Below, in pieces: positions 50,322 to 60,427 of a DNA stretch of 64,000 bases. Both the position numbers and the translations under genes were made by a program. Under the pieces are notes generated by a model that searched no databases, was not told the DNA's origin, and worked only from the letters and a program-made list of their open reading frames with translations. The stretch spans positions 1,116,001 to 1,180,000 of the forward strand of contig CATNEN010000035.1 in assembly GCA_950097015.1 (NCBI GenBank), written 5' to 3'. How positions within the stretch are numbered: position 1 is the stretch's first letter; each line of letters starts with the position of its first letter. This DNA comes from Macrostomum hystrix (Eukaryota; Animalia; Platyhelminthes).

Positions 50322-50880
50322 CTTGAGCACCCTTAGCTCAATAGCACCCCAGACTGTGCTCAAACCATTCGACAACCTGAGCACCCTTGGCCCAATGGCA
50401 CCATAGACTGTGCTCAAACCATTCGACAACCTGAGCACCCTTGGCCCAATGGCACCATAGACTGTGCTCAAACCATTCGACAACCTGAGCACCCTTGGCC
50501 CAATGGCACCATAGACTGTGCTCAACCATTCGACAACCTGAGCACCCTTGGCCCAATGGCACCATAGACTGTGCTCAAACCATTCGAAAACCTGAGCACC
50601 CTTGGCCCAATGGCACCCCAGACTGTGCTCAAACCATTCGACAACCTGAGCACCCTTGGCCCAATGGCACCATAGACTGTGCTCAAACCATTCGACAACC
50701 TGAGCACCCTTGGCCCAATGGCACACCAGACTGTACCTCAAACCATTCGACAACCTGAGCACCCTTGGCCCAATGGCACCATAGACTGTGCTCAAACCAT
50801 TCGACAACCTGAGCACCCTTGGCCCAATGGCACCCCAGACTGTGCTCAAACCATTCGACAACCTGAGCACCATTTGGCCC
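50322..50880. repeat. Minisatellite, 54-bp unit CTGTGCTCAAACCATTCGACAACCTGAGCACCCTTGGCCCAATGGCACCATAGA, about 10 copies
   Basis: Directly visible. Confidence 0.95.
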
Positions 50881-52202
50881 AGTGGTAGGTATAATGGTTA
50901 GCAACTCTAGGAAAAATCACACACTACGTATTTTTTATAGCGAAGCAAACAGTTTTTTAAGTTCAAAGCATTCAGCAGCTGTGCAAAAAGCTTCGGCACC
51001 CAAGAGGCTAGGTGTTAAAAAAGTGGTTTATTATTATTTTACGCAGTTAAAACTATGTAAGCAGCAGTTGTTGACGCAGATTTTACACTGAAATGCTTAC
51101 AGCAGGGGCAGCGACAACCAAAGCTAAAATTAGCTAAGCATTAAACAAGCCAAGACCGAAATGAAAAACAATGTTTCACTTTCAATGCTAACCAAGCAGA
51201 CGGGCGCAGTCCGTGCTTTTGTGTGTCTTTTTTAATGCTTCAATCCGCAATCAAAATGGCAGGAACAAAATCAAATCTGCTTTTTCTAATCTCATAAACA
51301 ATACTAAAAAAAAACAATGGCAATTCATGCATCAAGAAAAAATATTTGAAAAGCTTTCTAACTTAATGAAGCTTCCGCCACAGCCGACTAGGCCATTGTC
51401 TGAGTCTTGAATAGAAGCAATATCTCAATAGAAATCTAGTGCAACAGGGTTCAAAATCAAGTCCCAACCATCATTTTTATACTTCAAACAAAGCATTCGA
51501 TTCCCAAGATTGCTAGTTGATTAGCTCTAAATTTCTAAATTTACTGCAGACGATGCAGAAAATAATGTATCGTTTCAATAGTCTACTAATAATGGGAATA
51601 TCATTTAACAAAGGGGCTATATACTACTGCTACAAGCTGAAATCACAAGTACTACAAGACGATGTTTCATTGTTTTGTATTTTGCAAAAAAAGTTGCGTA
51701 TATTTGATTAATAGTGCTTTCTTGCACTAGAAAAACAGCAAGAGAAAACAAAAACTAAAAAAAGTACAAAGGCAACATTTCTATGAGAAAAGAAACAAAC
51801 CTTACAGTGCCGATGTGATTGGACCTTCAAAAAGGGTACAATCCAAAAATGCCTTAAGCGAAAGCGAAAGTAACGATTCGTACAACACGAATAGCGAATT
51901 TGTAGCATTGTACGAGTAGCATACGGACCAAAATGTAGCCGAGAGAAATAAGCAATAAATTTAGCTAAAATTGTTGAAACACGATATTATCAAATGGTTT
52001 CAAGATATGGGTACATTCATTGCAGCTGAAATAAGAAAACTGATTGATAATACAAAATGCTAATTTTATTGAGATATAAGCAAACAGCACAAGCTACTTA
52101 TATTAGCAAGAACGTCATGATAGTATTGCGATAACATGTGATTCTAGAAGGTTTTTGTTTATTAAAGTATTTTTAATGTGAATGAATAGTTTAATTAGCT
52201 TA

Positions 52203-52503
52203 CTCAGGACTGCCTGCCCATTCCCTGATCCTCAGGTAGTCAGTACTGCCTCCCCATTCCCTGATCCTCAGGTAGTCAGGACTGCTTCCCCATTCCCTGA
52301 TCCTCAGGTAGTCAGGACTGCTTCCCCATTCCCTGATCCTCAGGTAGTCAGGACTGCTTCCCCATTCCCTGATCCTCAGGTAGTCAGGACTGCTTCCCCA
52401 TTCCCTGATCCTCAGGTAGTCAGGACTGCTTCCCCATTCCCTGATCCTCAGGTAGTCAGGACTGCTTCCCCATTCCATGATCCTCAGGTAGTCAGGACTG
52501 CTA
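52203..52503. repeat. 36-bp tandem repeat GGACTGCTTCCCCATTCCCTGATCCTCAGGTAGTCA, about 8 copies, in the predicted 3'UTR of the orphan gene
   Basis: Lies between the stop codon (52522) and the AATAAA at about 52160. Confidence 0.92.
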
Positions 52504-52521
52504 CCCAAATCCCAAGGTTGC

Positions 52522-55500
52522 TCAGGTCTCAGCAGTGGGCAGCAGTCCTCGAGAGGCACACAGCAGCACGGCCGTCTCCAGCTTCCGCAGCGCAGTCGGC
52601 TCGCGCAGCTCGGCCGCTTTCCACGTCGCCACTGACACCTGGAGCAGCTCAGCTAACAAGCACCGAAGCTCCTGGCTGTCATCAGAGCCGCCCTCGCCGC
52701 GGCTCCTCTGCAGCAGGCCGGCGACTCGCGGCTCCAGCAGGAGGCTGAGTCGGAGGCAGTCGAATCGGCGCGCCGGCATGGCCAACTTCAGCCAGGCCAG
52801 GCAGCGGTTGAGCAACGCCGGGAAGGGCTCGGCGGGCAGAAAGGCGGTGCAAAGGAACGCCAGGTCGGCGACAGACTCGGCGGCGCAACCGCCGATGTCG
52901 GGTGGCAGGCAGGCGAGCAGGTCGCACAGCAGGCGCCCAACAGATGGAAGTGCGTCGGGACGGAGTTGGAGAAAGTCGGCCAGCTGGCTGAATAGTCGCC
53001 GGTCCGGCCCGTGTCCTACAGGGTCGGCCAGGAGGCGCGACAGGCGGCCGACGGCGGCGGGGCTGTCCGGCTGCGCTGCGAAGGCCAGCCAGGAGGCGCG
53101 GGCCAGGCCAGGAGGCGGCTGACGGCCCCGGTCGGGTGAGCACAGCTCGATGTCAACAACAACATCGAAGGCGTCCTCGATGGTGGAATCGGCTACTAGG
53201 CGACGCAGGAGGGCGAGGATGAAGTTGTTGGCATCGCCAGCTCCCGGGCTGAGCCTGCAGAGGCCACGCAGCGCGAATCCCAGCGACTCTGGGTGCGCCA
53301 AGCAGGCCTGAGCGAAACGATCAGCGGCTTTGGCGACCTGCCCGACGCTGAAAGCGCCGACTCTGGCGGCTAGGCGAGTTGCGGTGGATGTCAGTCGGCG
53401 CAGAGACAGGCTGTCAGCAAGAGGCGGCTCCAGGAGTTCAGCCGGGTCGCGCCTGAGCCGGTCGGCAAGGCACAGCCAGTAGCCCAGGCCGGTCAGGACT
53501 GAGTGGAATGCCAATTCAGACAGGCTGCTTTCGACGGAGACGCCGCTAGGATGTAACGCTGGTGGCGGGTTTGCGGCGTCGACGGTGGCATCGAAATCGA
53601 CGTCAAAACAGAATTCCTGACTGACTTCGCCGATGTCACAGCTGATCACTTCGATGACTCCCTGAAGAAAATGGCGGAGGACTGCTTGATCTAGGATAGG
53701 GGGACTGCTGGATCTAGGATAGGGGGACTGCTGGATCTAGGATATGGGGACTGCTGGATCTAGGATATGGGGACTGCTGGATCTAGGATAGGGGGACTGC
53801 TGGATCTAGGATATGGGGACTGCTGGATCTAGGATATGGGGACTGCTGGATCTAGGATATGGGGACTGCTGGATCTAGGATAGGGGGACTGCTGGATCAA
53901 GGATATGGGGACTGCTGGATCTAGGATATGGGGACTGCTGGATCTAGGATATGGGGACTGCTGGATCTAGGATATAAGGACTGCTGGATCTAGGATAGGG
54001 ACTGCTGGATCAAGGATATGGGGACTGCTGGATCTAGGATATGGGGACTGCTGGATCAAGGATATGGGGACTGCTGGATCTAGGATATGGGGACTGCTGG
54101 ATCTAGGATATGGGGACTGCTGGATCTAGGATAGGGGGACTGCTGGATCAAGGATATGGGGACTGCTGGATCTAGGATATGGGGACTGCTGGATCTAGGA
54201 TATGGGGACTGCTGGATCTAGGATGCGGGACTGCTGGATCTAGGATGCGGGACTGCTGGATCTAGTATATGGGGACTGTTGAAAATTTTGCTAGTCAGCA
54301 GTCAAACCTCGCAATCATTATCGGAGCCAGTCAGCAGGTTGTCGGCAGCGTCCAGGTCGTCAAGTAGCAGCTGCAGGCAGCGTAGCGGTCGTCGCCTGTC
54401 GGGATGCCTGGTGCAGACCGATTCCAGCAGTAGGCCAGCCGGGAGGAACACTGAGCTAGGCGGCGGCGGACAGCATCCGGCAAAGAAGACGGAAACAGCG
54501 CCAGCCCTGGCGGCAATTGACAACGCCGCATCGGCTAGACGTCGATTGTCGGAAGTCAGCGCCTCGGCCAGAGTGGCGAACGGCTGCAGGCCGAAGCTGA
54601 AGTCTGCAGGCTTTGGCAGCCGCTGCATCAGCTGCCAGCAGTCGGCGGCCAAAGAAGCTTCGTCCAAATCGGCGCTAAAGTTGTCGTCAAGCCAGCCGAG
54701 ACAGCCGGCTCGCTGTTGGCACTCTGAGTAGGCCAGCCAGATCTGCGCCACCTGGCAGCCTGTAAATGCATCGTCAACACCATCGGCAACGTCGACAAGC
54801 TGGCGCAGCAATAGTCTCAGGCGCGGCAGTAGCCGACGTCCCTCACAATGGCCTGGCGCCCAAGCCAACAAGCAGCTCAGGCAGTTGACAAGCAGGTCGA
54901 CTTCATCAACAAGCTCTACCGGAGCGTGAGTCGCTGCCAGTGATGGGAGAAGGTACAACCGGCCTGTCAGCGACAGCAGACTGCAGACTGGCGACGTCAG
55001 GTTGTCACTAGCCACTCTCTGTAATAGACGTCGGATGGGATCAAAGTTTGGAAGGGCGAATGGTGAGATGTTGCTTCGAATGCGGAGCTTGCCAGACACA
55101 TTAGGCTCCAAAGCATAAGTTAACTTTGAGATGCGACTCAGCCAGACCATACAGCGGCGAGTCAACTAGTGAGAGCTAGGCGCTAATCCTAGTGACTTTC
55201 GACTCACTGCACTAGCTATTTCGAGTTAGTTTATAATGTGGTAGCCAGTGCCTACGACGAAAAACTAGAGTTAGTGATGGCACGTATAGGTAAACCTACC
55301 TACTACTGGCAGTAGGTTCCGTCGTCAAAGTTCTAAATTGATTGTCTCATTGCCTTAATTAGGTCACTAAAAAACAAATAGTACCTCACGCAAGTTGATG
55401 GTCTCAAGCTTTCACACTGCACCTACAGTAAGACGCATAAATTCTTTTTTAAATAAACGAAATACAAATGACAAACAGACAAAAATACAGGAAATCGAAA

Positions 55501-57066
55501 TATATTAGTCTGATAAAGTAGTGTTATCTGTCTCGTTACAAAAGTGCTGAGTGCGGATCTACATAATTTTTCTATATGTATGATTGTAGATCCTAAAGTA
55601 CTTGTGGTACAGGAGTTGATTTTATAGTTTAGATTTCATGCCTTACAATGCCAGGTCCGGACAATCATATTCGCTTCGCAATGCAGCAGAAAACACGAAG
55701 CCCAGACTCACCTCTTCATCAGCAGTTTCTCCGTCGTCTCCAGCCAGCAGCCGCAGAAGGGCTCGAGCATCAACAGCAAAGGCGACCGGCACAGGAGTCT
55801 CGATCAGCCGCAGCAGGCCGTCAAGCAGCGACTGAGCCAGGAACAGGCGGTCAAGACACTTGCCCAGCAACAACCGTCTGGACAGGCACCAGCGGAGCAG
55901 CTGGGCGCACGAGTTTATCACCCACACGGAGGCGCAGTCGGGCGACTCGCTTTTGATCAGCTGATCGGCGGTTGCCATGGCAGTCAGCTGAGCAGACGCC
56001 AGGCCCTCGGCGATGGCGCCGCCTCCGCAGGTGACAAATTCGACTAGCGCCGGAGCGACCTCGTCCACCCCGGCCAACCGCAGCTGGCTGGCGCAGTCGG
56101 CCAGTCCGGCCACGGCCAGCTCTGCCAGATCAGCGTCCAGCTGACCGCGACGCGGCCGGAGGCCTTCGCGCAGCACCGGCCAAACGCCTGAAGCCAGCTG
56201 ACGCCGGCTGGCACCCCGGCCAGCGGAGAGGACGGCTAGTTCAACAGCGCGCAGGCGGAGGCAGTGCTGAGTGCGCGGCAGACGCAGCTGATCGGCTAGG
56301 AAAGCCAGGATGCCAGTCAGTGGATCGTCGTCGGAGTCAGCATCTAGATCCGCGGCGAGTTCGTCGACTTGCGCTGTCGTTAAAAATATTTATAAATCAG
56401 TGGACTAGTAATATGTACATTGTAATGAATGTATATATTTATAGAGTTTGAAAGCTCACATTCCGCGCCAGTTGCAGCTTCGTCAACCACAGCCCACCGA
56501 CTGGGCAGCGGCGCTGTGACCGCCGCCTCGGTCATGGCCAGCAACTGCATCCCGAAGCGAACGCTGGGAGCAGATTTCAATAGCATCAGCGCCGCAGTCA
56601 GTAGAGCTCCCCGACTGCCTGGCGGACAGCGGCGCGCCAGTCCTGGCGACTTCAGCAGCCAAGCGGTGGCGAACTTGACGGCCATGCGAGCGGAAGGTCT
56701 GCCGCTGCTGGACACGGCGATTGTCCAGTCTAAGAAGGCGCCAATCACCTCGCCCCGGGCGGACATGAGGCCGGCCATAGCGGAGAACAGGCTGCTCTCC
56801 AGGTGGCTGGCCGAGGCGTCGCTGGCATCAGCGGCCGCGATCAGCAGCGACTCCAGCAGGCCCAGGTTGGCCAGGAAGAAGTCGGCAGCGGCCGGCCTGT
56901 CGGAGAGCTGCTTCAGCTCTAAAGCGGCCTCCAGTCGCTGCTCCGATGATGCGCAGGCGTCAGTCAGCTCGCAGCAGAGCTGGCGCAGCCGGTCATCCAG
57001 ATGGCCGTCATTGTATGCGGGAAATTCTAAATCCCAGCAGCTGGGGATCATGTAATCTGGGGATTC
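52522..57066 (-). CDS. Uncharacterised Leu/Ala/Cys-rich alpha-helical (ARM/HEAT-like) protein, about 1090 aa; 5' end uncertain
   Basis: Four GC-rich open exons join in frame by GT-AG: 57066-56460, 56373-55712 (donor GAG|GTGAGT), 55165-54308, 53661-52522 (TGA), total 3267 nt. AATAAA on the minus strand at about 52158-52163. An in-frame ATG lies at 57051. I do not recognise the family. Confidence 0.75.
53679..54279. repeat. Minisatellite, 23-bp unit GGACTGCTGGATCTAGGATATGG, about 26 copies
   Basis: Fills about 93% of intron 53662-54307. Confidence 0.95.
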
Positions 57067-59120
57067 CTGCAGGATTAACATATGATATGCGTGCATGAGC
57101 TCAATGCCTAACATTATATTATCTTATTATAAAAATCTGAAGGTTTTTATTAGCCAGCAGTCGACCTGCAGCTACTCTGCCTATGGCACTGGGCCCAGAG
57201 CATACTCACACAGGGGAGTGTACATCTGTCCTAACCTTCTGTAGTGAAATTGAAAGGGTATGTTTAGTTTTTTATAGAAATATGCAGCTCAGTAGCTAAA
57301 GCTGTAGTAATCAAAGTAATACAAATACCTCTAGCAAAAAGTAACAACATTAATATGTTGAATGAAGAATACATAACACATAAAATACTTGTGCTGTTTA
57401 TTAAGAATATTTTAAATCAAATAAAGTGAAACACTGACCTGAAGACTTAACTTTGACTTAAAATGCATTAGTACACTCGTAAGTAATGTATGCAATAGGG
57501 GGCAATGTACTCAGTTGTTATCTTTTTTTACTCCATTTCAATTTAAAGTAACATGTTTTATAAAATATAATAAAGTAAAGGTCTGGCCTTTACCATGAAA
57601 ATCAGCAAAGTTGTTTAATGTGCAGTGGATAAAAAAGTAATTATAATAATAAATGTTTAATGAGCTATGCCTAACAGAAATTAAACTTCATACTAGTAAA
57701 ATGTCAATCTAATGTTTTAATATTTAAAGAACTATAATTATTAATTAATACTAGTTTTATAAAAGGTCAAAAGCACATTATGTGTTTTCTGTATGATATT
57801 ACAGATATTCATTTTGTTAAAATTGTGAGGGAAATATAACTAGGTCTAGTGTCTGTGTACTTCATTTTGTCTAGTGGTCATTTCGCTGCCATTTCGTGGC
57901 ACCCCTCACTTATACACTTATGTGACTATTTGTAATCACATATTAAGGCACACACCTCTATATATATATTTATATATTCCATTTTTTATAAAACTACTAC
58001 TATGCAAAACATACTGGATTTCCTGGACTAGTTTCCTTAGTCTAGGCAATATGCCTATATGATGACTGATATATTTCTTGTATATTATATTCAAACAGCA
58101 ACTGGCCAGGCATGAATACAGGTGTGAATTCTTTGTCACTGAAAATTAGATATGGAAATATGGAACGAAAATTATGTATTCAAACGGAACAAATATTCAG
58201 CATTTATATAGTTGTCTTTTTTAAGTTTTATGTATTTATCAGGAACTTTTTGTAAAAAACTAAGAATAAGTGCACAAATTCTTAAATAAATGCCTTAAAT
58301 AGCTGAACATGATGAAAATTAAGATAACTGAATTTTGAAAACCAAAATGATTTGCATTTTAATGATACATAATTTTCATTTTAGTAACTTCTGATGCACG
58401 GTGCTAATTCCACAAAATTTTCTTTACATAGTAGAGAAGTTATTTTCATTCACTTCTTCGTCTATGAAAATTCACATGATCTTTCTTTCCTCAAAACGCA
58501 AACTTATAAAATATATATCAGTAAACTGCGTCAAAGATTGTTTGTTCTATATAAGCTACTAGTCAATGAAATTTTAAGCTCTAGCTCATGGCCGATTGGC
58601 GTGGCTTCGCAAGAATTGATAAATGTTTGAATCCATGCACATTGATTGTTGAAAAGCAGAAAAACAAATTTGCATAGTATAATTTTTGCTGAAAAGGATA
58701 TAATTTTAATTAAGTCAACAAAAAATTTAGGTATTTACGTTTTTCTGTGGCCGTGAGATGCTTTCTGTCGATTGCTTTTGAGGCTAATTTCATTATTATA
58801 CAACTAATCGAGGGAGACACATTACACACGTCTTACTTGTCATTAACGGCAATTAAGCCTACGATAAGTTGTTCTCACCCTCAACCAAACGTTGGCTTGT
58901 AGAATTCTGTTAATACCTTAGTCACTCGGTAATAATAAATCAAATAATATTAATAACTCGCTAAGATGTCATCAAAGAAGACTCAACGACAAATGGATCG
59001 AATATTCTTAGTGCCACAATGGCTGGTTTAGACAATTTGTTCTTTTTGATGCCTACAAGTTATTGACAATTTTTGTGAGTGACGCCGTTGACATCATCTG
59101 ACGAAATGATTATGACGTGC

Positions 59121-59186
59121 ACTTTTAAAGCAGCTGTAAGAATGGCGGCTCCCTCATCCGGTGGAGGCGGTGGCGCCAGCATCATG
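59121..59186 (+). repeat. 66-bp inverted copy of the ankyrin-SOCS gene start (partner 61612-61677)
   Basis: 64/66 identity to the reverse complement of 61612-61677 by manual alignment. Confidence 0.93.
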
Positions 59187-60004
59187 ATATCCGTACGTAA
59201 TCATCACAAAAGTCACGCACGCCATGGACTACTTAAGTAAGCTAGAACTCCATATGGTTTTTCCACAATTGAAAGAAACAGGTCCTGTTTTTCAGTTTTG
59301 TTTTTATTAACACCTAAGCTGTTTTCAAACAGACTGCTAATCAGGAAGATGGTCGCGAAATTTTTATCAGCCCGATAGTTACGACCTGGGGGGTCATAAC
59401 GAGCACGCGAATGAGTGACAGTCCTTAGCCATCAGCTAGGCCCACAGTTGTATTATATTACACCGGTTCATTTTATTGTATTTCTCAACACGTATAATTT
59501 CAGAAAAGTAGTATTGCACGTGAACGATCTGCGAATGCTGGAACGTAACCGCAGTATGCAGTACACAGTTTTAGTCTAATTTTCAAGTGTGTATGCACGT
59601 GAGACAAAGCAGTCGATTACTCAAGGAAAGAAAAAGAATAAAAGCTGTCTTTTAAAAGGACAAAATTTTGCATGTAAACATTATATTGATATTTAAAACA
59701 CATTCATTTTCTTTCTTTTAACTATTAGTCGATTCATTGTACTCGTAGAATAAAAAATATAGAATTCTCTAGCTACAATAATTTGTTCCGATTACACTAA
59801 AATATATAAAAAAGATAATCAGAATAGAAATTTTATAATCTAAGAAAGCATAAGTAAAAACAGTCGTCAAAGGTGAAGTAATGAGAGATAACCGCTCATC
59901 TTGTACTAAACCGTCGAGAATATTTCTGGGTAATTGAGTGGAATAAAAACAGTTTAATAAAAAACTCACTCAAGGATTACTCACATTTACTCAGGGAGAT
60001 AGAG

Positions 60005-60310
60005 TGTTAGTGGTAGCGGACTGGTAATGCCTCTGATTCTTGCACCGATGCCCCTGAGATCAAATCCACGGCAGGGGCCATTTCAACTTGGGACGCAGCC
60101 GCGGAGGCTTGAAGGCTTTTCGTGCAAGTAAACCCCAGGCTGAACCCTAAATGCAGTTAGGGTGTACACTGCCTCACAATGTGAAAGTCAGGCAGATTTA
60201 CGAACCCTGTGTGAGCGTGCGTACAGTATCTGTGTGCGCTCAGGGTTCAGCGGAATGTCGTCAGTGCTTACAGCCGCTGCGAATAAGGCCTTCATTGTGA
60301 TAGAGTCTAA
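60005..60310 (+). mobile_element. Candidate tRNA-derived SINE or Pol III RNA relic
   Basis: A-box-like TAGCGGACTGG (60014-60024) and B-box-like GATCAAATCC (60058-60067) at tRNA-like spacing, followed by a body with stems (ACCCTAA/TTAGGGT; CTGCCT/AGGCAG; GAACCCTG/CAGGGTTC). The cloverleaf is degenerate, so this is not a functional tRNA. Confidence 0.45.
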
Positions 60311-60427
60311 TTGAGTTTCCAAATAAGATTTGATGAATAACACTATTGACACAGCTAAGTTTAGTACCGCATGGTTCTATTTACAATCGATCAGTTGCCG
60401 CCTGGCGTGAGGTCATGCAAGCCAGGT

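Noticed and set aside
2106-54279. CRISPR-like appearance of hairpin-containing arrays and of the 25.1-25.4 kb motif-spacer pattern
   Set aside because: The context is eukaryotic, units are head-to-tail with no unique spacers, and there are no cas genes.
55290-55335. Second possible microexon in the orphan gene
   Set aside because: It has an in-frame TAG in phase 0, and the other donors give incompatible phases.
52522-57066. Assignment of the orphan protein to MEI1, TERB1, rotatin or TBC1D32
   Set aside because: The resemblance from memory is only generic helical-repeat similarity, with no diagnostic motif.
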